A stretch of DNA of 53,814 nucleotides, filler included, from Porpidia crustulata (taxonomy: Eukaryota), in the NCBI GenBank assembly GCA_964255105.1. It is 3 parts of 3 records of this genome, joined end to end, with 100 filler letters (N's around TTAATTAATTAA, not from the genome) between each part and the next. Parts side by side here need not be neighbours in the genome. Positions count along the whole stretch, not along the records: positions 17,991 to 35,855 come from CAXUWE010000202.1; 2 more parts are not named here. One strand, written 5' to 3'. The notes beneath the pieces are model-generated. The model ran no database searches. It saw nothing but the letters and a program-made list of their open reading frames with translations, and was not told where the DNA came from. This document shows, piece by piece, positions 22,434-35,433 of this stretch; within the stretch, counting starts at the first letter, position 1, and every line of letters begins with the position of its first letter. Made by a program: the position numbers and the translations under genes.

Positions 22434-24664
22434 CTACTCCTTTGATGCCGAGGTCGAAGCCATTGCGTTTTTTGCTTGCAACTTTATGGGTATTGAATTT
22501 GTGACAGGCCTCGTTCTGGGCCCCGTATTGGGCGCCCTGGGAGGTTGCTGCTTCGCCAGCGGTATTCTGTTCTGGATGGGCTTGGTCGTAATCGCATTTG
22601 CTACCGGCTTGTCGGGTGCCGGATTTCTAGGAGGAGGCTTTGCCGTGGATTTACTTGCGCTTTGGGGGCCAGCTGAGCTCACCGCAGCGGTTTTTGAGGT
22701 AGTCCCGCCCTGCTGCTGCTTCGCCAAAGGAATCTTATTTCCAACGGGCTTGGTCGTGATGCCATTTGCCGATGACTTTTGAGCCGCTCCCATTTGCTGC
22801 TGCTTCTTTAGTGGTATCTTGTTCTCGACTGGTTTACTGACGACTCCAGTTGCAGAAGGTTTCTGAGTATTCGAGGCTATTGGTCTGGTCCTCGAAGTGG
22901 TAGGTCCGCTAGGCACGCTCTTTTGTTTGACGGGTCCGTTCAAAGTCGTCTCTTTAGCCCCAGGCCTACGTTTTATAGGTTTCTGCCCAGCCCCACCCTG
23001 CTGTTGTAAGAATTTGGCAGGGCCAGCTTGAGCAGCCTTACTGGCTGATTGAGCAGCTGCAGCTATCTGAACAGTGGCTGCATTCACGAATGCTCGCTCG
23101 ACAGTCCCATTCTGAGCAGCGTTGTTGGGAGCCATCAAAGCTCTCTGCGATGAAGTACTTGAATTACCCAGAGCCTTCGATGCAAGACCCATCAATTGCT
23201 TCTGAGCTGCCACCGTGTTCTGGATTCCGATATTACTGACTAAAGCATTGACGACGTATTCTGAAACGGGCTTCTTCTCAGGGCCTTTGAGCTGATCCCG
23301 CTTGACAGAATCAATCGTATCGAGGACGGCTTGCTTGTTGAAGGATTTTATAAGTCTTTTTGGCAGTGCACCGTAAAAGCAATATAATATCAAAGCAAGT
23401 AAACCAGTCGGTGCGAAAATCTGTAGGAACTCGTACCACCGCGCTGGCCTGACCTGAGTTTCGATGTAGCCAGCGCCACGTCGGGTCTTCCCATCGGTCC
23501 CTTTATCCACACCTACATCAGCTGGGAATTGTCCATGCTGGTAGTAATACTCTATGAGATTATCTTTTTCGGTCCAGCGGGCTCTAAGCCAGTGTTCAAA
23601 GGCCCGGGAGTCGTCCAAGGGTATAGAGGAGATTGCAAAACGCCTCCAATACATGTTCACAGATTTCGGAGGGCGACCGCCAAAATATGAGGCTTTGACC
23701 GTGTATATGTCTTGAGCAAATTCTCCGCGAGGGACACCTTCATAAGCGATGGTACAATCGTAGACCCATTCTGTCGTATTTCGTAGTTGCTGCAACATGA
23801 ATAGTAATCCAGTACTTCGTGGTAGCAGCTGATGCTTCATATCATCTATTCCGTTTTTAGCAGCCCATTGCTTACTCCTTTCACGTGTCGAATCAGCAAG
23901 ATTGGTTCCTTCTGGAAATATCATGAGCCACATCGGAAGCTTTGGCTTATTGAACTTCTGAAGATGCGTGGCCAAGCGAGGTTTGTCCTTTTCCCAGTTT
24001 CGCTTTAGGAAGATGAACTGAGAGAACTGCATTCCCCATCCAATGACTGGTATGCGTTTTAGTGACTCCTTCAGGACAATGTAGATGCGACCGTGCATTC
24101 CTGCAGAGTAACCTATCCACCATAAATATAGCCAATCGGTATAAATCTACTGATGTTATTTGATGCTCCCAAATCTTAAGATTATACTTACTTGATGATT
24201 AGCGATCATGACAAGCCTCTCGGGAAAGTCGCAGAACAAGTTCCCATCCAAGGTCTGCAAAAGCTGTCCTCGTACGCTTTTGTCTCCACTAACTCTCATA
24301 ATTGTAGGCGCCCAAGATTGAGTCATGCTCATAGTGAGGAGGCCCCATGACTGCTTGGTGAATGCGATCCACGCATTATACCAATCTTGGTTGATGAGAT
24401 ACAATGGGGCACCGAGGAATTGCGAGGCATTAATGCTACAGCGACCATAAGCTTCTGACTCTGGTTTAAGGGGAAAGACTCTTACGCGAGGCATCCTCCA
24501 AGAAAGTAGGCTCCTAAGCCTAGTGCTCGCGAGGCCTGCGAGTATTCATTCTTAAGAGGACGTGGAGGATCAAGTTGGCGGACTTTCGTGGAAAGCCCAG
24601 CACCGAAGTCCGTTCTGACATTAGAACCAGCCAAGCCTTTCGAATACGCTACAGCTTTCTCCAT
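22434..24664 (-). CDS. PlsC-family lysophospholipid acyltransferase (Cst26/LCLAT-like) with long low-complexity C-terminal extension, 3 exons
   Basis: Spliced NHQ|IYTDW (HX4D); LKESLKRIPVIGWGM; FIFLKRNWEKDK; IFPEGT; LLPRSTGL; VYDCTIAY. Confidence 0.92.
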
Positions 24665-25000
24665 TGTTTGTCAATGCATTAGGATGGTAGAAGGAAAAAA
24701 TGGCAAAGCCACTGTTTGGACAGTCTAGCCTTCGAGGATCAAGAAATCAACAAATCTGACATCACCGTACATTGTGGCGTAGAAAGCGAACTGGGACTAG
24801 CGTACTGTGCCACTGGCTCCCCCTCGTCCAGCCACGATAACCGAATGTCCTTCGGAGAATTGACAGATGAGATTTCGAACAGCAGTATTGATCAGATTTC
24901 CGAAAGGCAATTGAGAGGCTTCTAAGTATGAGTATACAGTACGAGATAGACTGAATTAGACCACCATAGTACCTTAGCCCACTCCTCCAAGTGTTTTAGC

Positions 25001-26501
25001 ATGACAACTAGGTACAGAGTCGAATATGCACTCAAAACCCATCGCCGAGATCAATTGATAGAATGGATCAAAGGGCTTCTGGCGGTCCCATTCGTCCTAC
25101 ATTCTCAGCCTACTATTACCTTTGACGAACATGACAGCGTGCTTGCCAATATGGCAACAACAGCGCATAAGCGATATGGCGAGATCATGCGCGATATAGA
25201 AGCACTCATCAACGATCACATCAGCCACCAAAAAAAAGGAACGCATGCGCGGTCTAAGTTGAAGCTCTTGGTCCCCAGCGTTGGTGTTTTCTTCACTTCC
25301 CTACTTCTCGAGGAAGCGTTCGTGTACCAAGACCATCGTCGAAAGATCAGCTCACGCCGTTTCGTGCCTCCCTCGTTCAACGACATTCGTCTCACTTTGA
25401 ATTCTGCCCAAGTGATGGGACTCGCACAAAATGGGCCTCTTCAGCTGGTGACATTCGATGGAGATGTAACGCTGTACGATGACGGGGAGGCTTTGAATTC
25501 AGATAATCCAGTCATTCCACGAATCCTAGGACTGTTGGCGGATGGTACCCATGTCGGTATCGTCACTGCAGCTGGCTATAGTGAAGCCTCAAAGTATCAT
25601 GGTCGGTTGGCGGGCCTTCTTGCCGCAGTCAATGATGCTGTCAAAAGCCAGAAGCTTATTAAGCCTAGATTGATCATTGTTGGGGGGGAAAGTAGCTTTC
25701 TCTTTGAGTTTGATGCGTCTTCGGAATATCATCTCAGATATGTACCACGAGAAGAGTGGATGCTTGAGGAAATGAAGTTATGGGATGACCAAAGCATACA
25801 GCAATTGCTTGACGTCGCGCAAGCAGCGTTAAGTGAATGCGTAGATAATTTGCAGCTTTCAGCCAAAGTGCTTCGAAAAGAACGAGCTGTAGGAATCATC
25901 CATGCGCCAGGACCAAACGGTCCAAAATTTACGAGGGAACAGCTCGAAGAGACGGTCATGGTCACTCAGCATATTGTTGAGATGTCGTCTGTGGCTAGAC
26001 GAATACCATTTTGTGCTTTCAACGGTGAGTAAAGTATATGGTTCAGCGAACAATTCTGACTTCTACCGTGGTAGGTGGCAGTGACGTGTTTGTTGATATA
26101 GGAGATAAGTCCTGGGGCGTTCTTTCATGCCAACGCTTCCTAGGAGGTATCGAAGGGAGCAAGACTCTCCATGTGAGTCGGATTTCCGTGTTCGAATGCA
26201 CTCAAAGGTCTGATGACATGCCTTGGCGTGAAAACCTCTTCAGACATAAGTCATGGTTCAAGTTTCTATCCTAAGAAAACTAATGCTGACTCGAAATCTT
26301 GCTAGGTGGGTGATCAGTTTCTTTCTGCCGGGGCTAATGACTTCAAGGTATAGTTCTTCGCCTTGGAACATTTGATTGAGAGACTGACAGAGATCATCTC
26401 AGGCGAGGTTAGTATGTACAACAGCATGGATTGCGAATCCGGCAGAGACGGTACAATTATTGGACGAAATTACATTTCATGCAAGGACTATAAGGAATTG
26501 A
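25001..26501 (+). CDS. ISN1: IMP-specific 5'-nucleotidase; exons 25001-26024, 26075-26172, 26306-26347, 26403-26501
   Basis: MTTRYRVEYALKTHRRDQLIEWIKGLLAVPFVL; RRFVPPSFNDIR; LVTFDGDVTLYDDG (HAD DxD); AFNGGSDVFVDIGDK; LHVGDQFLSAGANDFKAR. Confidence 0.96.
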
Positions 26502-26780
26502 GAATTTTCCGTGCAGCTCCAAAGAGACCACGGATGATGGCCACAAATATAGTATTACATATCGGCTTGTGACCAGGACATGAGAATAAAACAGGATCGT
26601 AAGGATGGCTTCAAAACCTAGTCCTCATACCAACACCGCGCTATAGTATAATATACAAGAAATATTCAATGTACCTCACTATATCATACAATACCATATC
26701 CAAAATAAAAGTATGCCCTTTTCTGCGGTGGCACATATCCCCTTGAGGCATCAATCTTGCTTTGTGTAATAGCTTTACTT

Positions 26781-27536
26781 TTACTTGGCCACGCCATTGA
26801 GTTTGGGGGCTTGTGGGGCCTTTGGGTTCGCTTGCGATGCTTTTTTCGTAAGCTCGTTTGCCAAAGCAGCCTTTGGGGTCATTCCGTTTGCTTGAGGTGC
26901 TTTCCTCGCAATTCCGTTGGGCTGCGGGGCCTTTGAGGCCATGCCGTTGACTGACATGGCTTTCTTGGGTACAGTATTCAACTTCGGTGCTCGTTGTGCC
27001 GTGCCGCTTACCGACTGCGCTTTCTATTCACACGTTTAGCTCAAGTAGCTCTAGGACCAGGGGATCTAAATCGAAGCCAGGGAATGTTTGCTCCTGACTC
27101 ACCTGAGGTGTATTGGTCCCTTTTGGGCCCAGCTTTGGTGCGGGAGCTCTTGGAGCGCTCGCCGCCTTTGCCTTGACAGCCTTCGCTTTTGCCATTTGCT
27201 CTTTCTGATACCGTATCAACTGTGCTCGTTGCCATTCAAGTTCTTTCATCTTGGCCTCAGTGATTTGCCAAATCACTTGTTTCTTCTGCTTGGGAGTGGG
27301 GGCGGGTGCCTGCGCAATGTACCGCTGGCCTTCTGCTGTTTCGGCATATTGCTCAAAAGCTTTTTGTTTCTCAGCGAGCGAGAGTACTGGCGAGAGCGGT
27401 TAGTTGACTGCCAGGTACGGAATTTGGGAGTGGTGATCTTACCGGCGCTGTTGAGCGTTTTCGAGAGACCTTTAAGGGTATCTGTGTTTGGCTCGTAATC
27501 AAGATTAATTGAGAACAGCTTTGTGACAATATCCAT
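26781..27536 (-). CDS. Hypothetical basic 206-aa protein with C-terminal 10-aa repeats; exons 27536-27443, 27386-27103, 27023-26781
   Basis: Two canonical introns (GTAAGA..ACTAAC..CAG; GTGAGT..GCTAAAC..TAG) join three ORF fragments into one open frame MDIVTKLFS...KLNGVAK*. Confidence 0.75.
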
Positions 27537-28011
27537 TGTGTAAGTGGGTGAGTCGTCTTTTTGAAATGCCTGACTATGTCGTGGTATGAATGGGGAAACA
27601 CAGGCTATCAAGACTCGCTGGCGGGCACGCGAGTCTGGTGTTGACCCCTGCTGGCTGATGTCATTCCCCAATGCAAATCTTGCTTTTACCTAGCCACAGT
27701 GGCGATCCAAGCGAGACGGGAGGCTTGGAGCGCATCATTCAGCGCGCATCAATCATGGCACTTTGCGTCAACCAGAATGGATCTTGACTATGTCATGGAG
27801 TTGTATCAATGTGATAACTACCTGAGTAGTATGTAGATTCTGCAGTAAGGACTCCTTTCATCTACAAGAAGTATTGTAAGGGTACTACGGTACTCGGGGT
27901 ATCAGTTGTTAGTACACTCGCTTAAATCCCCTGCTAGCGTCTGATTTTCAATGCCAGAATACTCGGCCCCTAATTCAGCAAATTTTTACCTGTTTGATTG
28001 AATACTCAATT

Positions 28012-28043
28012 ATCTGCTCAAGCATCTGCTCGAGCATCTGCTC
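28012..28043. repeat. 12-bp tandem repeat (ATCTGCTCRAGC)x2.7
   Basis: atctgctcaagc atctgctcgagc atctgctc in the divergent promoter between the orphan gene and NTE1. Confidence 0.8.
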
Positions 28044-28333
28044 CAGACCTGCTCATTACCAGGCCGTTATTGATTCAGAAGGAAAACATACTAGATTTTA
28101 GGGTAGATATACTGGCCATAAACGATGTCAAATTAGGTATAACTAGTAGGGCCAAATGGGACAAGCGCGATTCTCTATCACATGCCTCCATTCAACTCCC
28201 TGATAGGTATCGCGATATTCTTTAATAAAAGCGCTTCTTACACTCGACAATGCAGCGAAGCAGTAGTCCGTGCAAACTATCAGGACAGTTAACGTGCGGG
28301 GCGATAAGATGAACTACTTGAATAGACATAGTC

Positions 28334-31300
28334 ATGGACGTCGCTCACAATATCAACGGTCCAAATATCTCGAGTTTGCTAGTAACCCTCCCAAGTATTG
28401 CTACAAGCCCTACTGCCGGTAGCATACAGTCTCATGCCTCTGAGTTAGCAAACTCCGTAGAGGTTTCTTCCTCAAGCTCATGGCTAGGCTTGCTTGGTCG
28501 GATGATACTCCCCATGGCGCGAGTCATACCGGGCATCCTCTACTGGATCATTACCTTCGCTACAATCACTCTCCCCACTGTCCTGTTCACCCTATTTTCG
28601 ACCAGCCTAACATTCACCATGAACATGACTACTTTGTAAGTGTACTCTATGGCTAACACTTGGCTTTGCAGCTGACAAAGAGTAGAATGCTTATTCTTCT
28701 TGCGTTCGCGTCTATGGTCTCCTGGGTCGTGAGATATCGATACTTGAACATGTATGCCCGATTGCCCCCCGAACCTCAGCGCAAAGAGCCACAGATTGAG
28801 TTGTTTCCGGATACTCAAGATGGGGACTCGAAACCAGGTCTAGCGAATTACCTCGACGAGTTCCTGAGTGCTATCAAAGTCTTTGGGTACCGTAAGCAAG
28901 AGGACCTGCGCTGTAGGTCAAAAGAGTGTGGCTGATCCATAGGAAGTCGAACGCTCGGTCTTCCACGAACTCACTCGGACTATGCAAACACGGAAGCTCA
29001 TTGCTGGAGAAACATTGCTTCTGGAAGAAGAAAAGGGCTTCTGTCTCGTGGTCGATGGGTTAGTACAGATATTTGTCAAATCGAGCAGAGAAACTGGCTC
29101 TAGGAATGGTGAAGCCTGGATGAGCGGCGGCGGGCACTCTTATGAGGAAGAAGAAGAGGGACATCCAGAGGGAGACCATCAGGGATACCAACTATTGACT
29201 GAAGTCAAGAATGGAGCACCAATGTCATCGCTTTTCTCGGTGTTATCTTTGTTTACAGAAGACGTTAGGCTTCGGCATGACGCCGACCACAATGCTGGAG
29301 CGGCTTCTGGATATTCCAGCGCAGGGTTTCCTTCTACTGTCACTCCCCATTCTGGAGCAGGTAGCCCAATCTTGAACCCCGGAACGCCTCTACATATAGC
29401 TACGAGCCAAAACCATCGATTGTCAGTACCAAATGGTAGCAACCATTTGCTAGCTGTACCGCCCCTTTTGCTAGATCCAAGCTCCAATAATTATCGGCAC
29501 CGACGATCAGATCATGAAAGACATCACGATCAAACGAAGGCTAGCAAGCCGAAGTCTGCACATCCGGACATAGTCGCCAGAGCAAGAGTCGATACAACAA
29601 TTGCCATAATTCCTGCTACGGCTTTTCACCGCCTCACTCGAGTTTACCCAAAAGCAACTGCACATATTGTTCAAGTCATTCTGACGCGGCTTCAACGTGT
29701 CACGCTTGCTACGGCGCACTCATATCTCGGACTGACCTCAGAAGTACTTCGAACAGAGCGTCATATGAATAGATATACGAGCTATGATTTGCCGAATCAC
29801 CTTCGTGGATCTGCGTTGGAGAGGCTAAAAGACAAATTCACTCGCGAAAAGGAACGCTTGGGAAGCGCAGAGGAGAGCATGAAAGGAATTGCATTACACA
29901 ATCCGGGAGTAGGCAAACGACGGCGTTCGAGTAGTAACCTCCGGAGAGAGATTGCGACACAAGCAAGCTCTGCAGCTGCTCAGAACGGCTCCCAGGTACC
30001 TGAATCGAACGAAGCAGTGTCACCAACCTCAAGGTCTGGGGTCAGTGCTGGAGACTTATTAACCAATATTCAGGTTTCCAGGTTTGGAGCAAGGTACCCT
30101 GCTAATCTTACTATGTCAACGGCAGTTCCTGAGAAGAGACCAAATTCACAATCTGAAGCTCGAGGTTTGAGCAGTCCTTCTGGCAAACTTGAGCACGTTC
30201 CGTTCACGACTTCACCAAATCCCAATGGTTTGCCACTCCACCGACAGGAATCGCTAGATGAGGACGCGATCTTTCGAGTATCCATACTCGAATGTATGAC
30301 TAAAGCAATTGGACTTGCAAGTACAAGAGACGCCATACGAAGGCCTGCAGACTCCGCGGAGCAGTCCCCACGTATGGTCTCATATGATGTCCAGCGTCAA
30401 AAAGCCACGTTCACCAATGCATTTGGATTCATGGACCCATATGAAGGCTCTGGTGACGGCGACTCAGAGTCGATCAACTCTGTTTCCGGTATCGGCTCAG
30501 GAGGTGCTTTAAACCACAACCAGCTTCTATCGGAGTCACGCGATGAATTAGAGATTGTTTACTTCCCGAAAGATGCCGTTCTCGTTGAGCATGGAGAGAG
30601 GAACCCTGGTCTCTACTACGTTATTGATGGTTTCTTAGATGTAAGCGTACCCGGAGATGGCAATGACATCGATGGTATGCCACTTACAAGCGAAGCTTCA
30701 CGGGAAGACTCGAATGACCTTTTGCCACCGCTTACACGGCTCGGTAGTAATACTCCGCGAAAATCTTCAATGCATGGAGGTGCAAATACTAAAAGGAAGT
30801 CGCAGCTGAGGAAAAGCTTGTTCCTGATCAAGCCTGGTGGGCTCGCCGGATATGTAGGTACAATATCGTCCTACAGGTCTTTTATCGACGTCAGAGCCAA
30901 GACAGATGTCTACGTTGGTTTCCTCCCTCGAGCCTCTCTGGAGCGCATTGTCGAGAGGTACCCAATAGTCCTACTTACCATGGCCAAACGTCTCACTAGT
31001 CTGCTTCCCCGACTTATCTTACACATCGACTTTGCTCTGGAATGGGTGCAGGTAAATGCCGGGCAAGTCATTCATCATCAAGGTGAAGAGAGCGATGCTA
31101 TCTATATTGTGCTTAATGGACGTCTTCGAGCAATCCTGGAGCAAGATGATGGTGGTATGAGGGTCGTTGGTGAATACGGACAGGGCGAAAGTGTTGGTGA
31201 ACTTGAGGTTATGACGGAGTCTGTTAGGCCTGCTACGCTGCATGCAATTCGAGACACCGAACTAGCCAAGTTTCCCAAGACATTATTCAATAGTCTCGCA

Positions 31301-33040
31301 TTAGAGCACCCAGGTATTACCATCAAGATTTCTAAAATCATTGCCCAGCGAATGCGAGCGCTGATCGAGGATCCATACTTCGAGAAGGGCAAAGATAAAA
31401 CAAACGCAGCAGCGAATAAGAATGTCACGTCCACTTTGAATCTTCGTACAATAGCTATACTCCCTGTTACTGCCGGAGTTCCAGTGATAGAATTTAGCAG
31501 CAGACTGCTTACTGCGTTGACGCAGATCGGAGTGGCTAACGGGGTCACTTCACTCAACCAGGCGGCAATTCTGAACCACCTGGGGCGGCATGCTTTTTCA
31601 AGGATGGGCAAGCTCAAGCTTTCGCAGTATCTTGCAGACCTTGAAGAGCGATATGGCATGCTTCTATACATCGCGGACACTAATGTTAGTTCGCCTTGGA
31701 CGCAAACCTGCGTTAGTCAGGCGGACTGCATCCTCCTCGTTGGCCTTGCTGAAGGCTCTCCAAATATTGGGGAGTATGAAAGGTTCTTACTTGGTATGAA
31801 GACAACGGCAAGGAAAGAGTTGGTATTACTGCACGTTGAAAGATATTCGCCGCCGGGTCTCACGCGAACGTGGCTCAGGAATCGCATGTGGATCAACGGC
31901 GGTCATCATCACATCCAAATGGCATTTCGAAACAACACGCAGCCGGTGCACCCTCAAGTAAAGCGTCTTGGGACCGCACTGAAGCAACGTGTGCAAGTTT
32001 TACAAGCTGAGATTCAAAAGTATACTTCCAGAAGAATCCGGCAGACTCCGTTATACTCAGCCGAGACGCCGTTTAAGGGTGACTTTCATAGATTAGCACG
32101 GCGTCTATGTGGTAAATCTGTGGGACTTGTACTTGGTGGTGGAGGAGCGAGAGGAATATCCCAAGTTGGAGTTATTCGGGCCATGGAAGAAGCTGGAATA
32201 CCTGTTGACATTGTCGGTGGCACATCTATTGGGGCTTTCATTGGCGCGCTTTATGCTCGCGATGCTGATGTCGTGCCCATGTATGGCCGTGCAAAGAAAT
32301 TTGCAGGCCGGATGGGTAGTATCTGGCGATTCGCTCTCGATCTTACCTATCCCTCCGCGTCCTATACCACAGGTCATGAGTTCAATCGGGGCATATTCAA
32401 GACATTTGGAAATTCCCAAATCGAGGATTTCTGGCTCGAATTCTATTGCAACACCACCAATATTAGCAAGTCCCGCACCGAGTTCCACAATTCCGGCTAT
32501 GTCTGGCGCTACGTGCGTGCCTCTATGTCACTAGCTGGTCTCATTCCCCCAATGTGTGACGAAGGTAGCATGCTACTTGACGGTGGGTATGTTGACAACC
32601 TTACAGTCGCACATATGAAATCACTGGGCGCGGACGTCATCTTCGCCATTGACGTTGGTTCTTTGGATGATAACCTTCCTCAAACCTTTGGGGACTCCTT
32701 GTCCGGCGCCTGGGCCCTTCTCAATCGATGGAACCCTTTCTCGTCCTACCCCAATCCACCAACGTTGTCAGAGATCCAGGCTCGCCTCGCTTACGTCAGT
32801 AGTGTCGATGCGTTGGAGAGAGCAAAGACGACACCCGGCTGTCTATATATGCGTCCACCAATCGATGCTTACGGGACGCTCGAATTTGCTAAGTTTGACG
32901 AGATCTATCAAGTAGGTTACAAGTACGGACAAGAGTTCTTGGCGAAGCTAAGAGATAACGGTATGTTGCCGGTCTTGGAAGAGACTGAGGAGAAGAAGAA
33001 CTTGAGGCGCACAATGGCGCCAAGAAGGGCGAGTATTTGA
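28334..33040 (+). CDS. NTE1: Lysophospholipase NTE1 (neuropathy target esterase homologue); introns 28636-28685 and 28892-28946
   Basis: N-terminal TM segments, [17 protein letters not shown], cNMP-binding domains, patatin motifs GGGGARG, GTSIG, DGG; C-terminal RRASI. Confidence 0.97.
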
Positions 33041-33435
33041 AGGACTAGTCAGATTGGCGAAGTATGTCTTCGTTCATCAAGCGTTCTTCGACTCCGGCCC
33101 TGAACACTCCGAATAGCAAGAGTTACAGCAGCCTCAGGCTTGCATGGCAGGTGATCATGCATTAAATACGGGACAGTTTATAAAAATCTCGATATAGTAT
33201 TCACCATGCAAATTCATTCGACGTCACTTACATGGCTTCTTTGATATTCATCAGGTGTTGTTGACACTAATGTCACACAGCGTCGAGACCAGATACCATG
33301 AGGTAATCGTATTCATGTTGACGACAATGTGTCATGCTCAGGACGTGGAAAACATTTTCGATGTTTTCCAGGAGCAGAGTTTATATAAAAGCCCAGCGAA
33401 TTTTTTTTATACAATGCAGTCCGCAAATCATCGAC

Positions 33436-34295
33436 ATGTCTATTCAGCCAAGTTCCAGTCAATCTGATGTCCAGACGCGCGGACACAATCAAGAGCCAGA
33501 TCTTGTCATATGCTGCGGACCCAAAAGATTCAACGTGCACAGTGAGATCTTATGCTCTAGATCGACGTTCTTTGCTGCAGCTCGTAAAGGCCCGTTTCTC
33601 GTAAGTCTACCTTCCTAGCTACATGTGAACAGGGTCGAGGAAGCGTGGAAAGTGGTAAAGCTGATAGCACATAGGAGGCGAAGACTGCTCAAGTACACCT
33701 AGAAGATGATGATCCAGAAATAGTAGCGAGAATGATCTCCTATCTCTATACTGGGAAGTATAAAGAGAATCACGAGCTGTGGAGTAAGGGAACATTTGTT
33801 TATATCCGCATGTACGCACTCGCGGAGAAATACGATATCCCCGGCCTTCAATCCGACGCTCGAGAGGGTTTCTCCACGCTCGCATCTCTCAAGTGGCCCT
33901 ACCGTAACCTCCCTGCCATCATCGTCGCCATCTACTCATCCACGCCTTCCAGCGATCGCGGTCTTCGTGACACTATTATAAAATTGTGTGCTCAACATCT
34001 CCCGGACTTTTTTGCATTAGAGGAAGAGAGCGTTGACGAGATACGCGATGCGGCGCCAGAATTTGAACACGAGCTGTTGGTTGTCGTAGCGCGCCTGGGA
34101 GAGGAGGAGCGCTTGAGATTGGGGTCACTGCTGGATTCCGAGTTCAAATGCTCTAGATTACATGGAAGATGCCCGAGATGTGGCTCTCCAAGGGCGCCTA
34201 CCATGATTCTGGAGAGAGTAGTGAGTAGCAACGGGAAAACGGAGGGGATTGGACAGAGGTGTGTGCAATGTGGGGAGGGCGTAGGTGTACCGTGA
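33436..34295 (+). CDS. BTB/POZ-domain protein with C-terminal CxxC...CxxC; intron ~33601-33674
   Basis: DLVICCGPKRFNVHSEILCSRSTFF; EAKTAQVHLEDDDPEIVARMISYLYTGKY; MYALAEKYDI; IYSSTPSSDRGLR. Confidence 0.9.
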
Positions 34296-35433
34296 CCTAC
34301 CGAAGGGCAGAAGCCGAAAGAGTATGACGTGTGTTCTTGGAAGGTCACTGTTCAGGGGTAGATTGTACTGAACTGGGCTGCATACACTTCGAAAGGTGAG
34401 AAACTCTGCCAATTAACAACAATCTTTGAATAGCTCGTTATCACGAATCCACTTCGCTAAAGTGAGGAGTCGAGGTATTGATGTCTTTTTCGAATCTCTG
34501 GGGAGCTTAGCCATTGGCAATAAAGCGAGCTATAACACGTTGACCGTGACAGAACCCGAATTTCTTCTTCGTTTACTACCTTTTTGTCCTTCCTATTTCC
34601 TATTTTTCCCAGCAGTTTAGCCGCAGCACCATCGGCTCATCTACTTTCGTCATGCCAGCTACGTTGCCGTTGCACAGCGTTCGCCGGTAAGTCGCATACC
34701 TACTCCAGAACATAGTGGGCTTCCACTGAAGACAGTACGGTGGAGTATCCGTATCCACACCTCGAGTCTTTTGTACATCTCCCACCAGCACGAGTCGGGG
34801 TCACTGATACCAGCGATCCTTCTAAGGCTGACAGCTTCGAGAACTTCCATATTCTTTCGTTACGTCTGTACATGCATCCACGCATTTCTACTCGTGACTA
34901 TCAAGTATAGGTACATTTCCCCCAGCTCCTAGCACTCTATGGCTCCTCTAGTGATACCAATTCATTCCAGAGATCAAGCTCAACATCTACCGAGAAATTC
35001 GCTTGGACCATGGTTCTCAGTACTTGCTACGAAAGCCATGGGAAGTGCCAGCATTGTTTACTACTAAGACATGTTAGTATCTCAATTATTACAAAAATGT
35101 TTCAGGCATCTATCATCACTTTAATCATGATTTAAGATTCACTGGCATCTTCAATGAATAAAGGTCTCACCGTCTCTCAACACATTAACCCCCCAAAAAT
35201 CACTCACACCTCCTTCGTTCACTCCAGAACCCCAGTCCCCATCGTCAAAGCCGTCTGAATCACAATAACAGAAAAACCAACCTCCCCAGCAACACACGAC
35301 TCACGCCTCCATCCGCAAGGCAACCAAACTCCACCACACACACGATGCTCAGCAAATCCACCGACCTCGACCTCGACCTCCTCTCCGGCCATAACGCACA
35401 CCCTCCAAAAAAGGGAAAACCCTCACTCCGATC

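Noticed and set aside
26173..26305. Box C/D snoRNA in ISN1 intron 2 (TGATGA ... CTGA)
   Set aside because: The candidate D box coincides with the branch site GCTGAC and I saw no terminal stem or guide complementarity
26781..27671. Ribosomal protein eL29 or histone H1 call for the basic repeat protein
   Set aside because: Only compositional similarity; neither the eL29 N-terminal motif nor an H1 globular domain is visible
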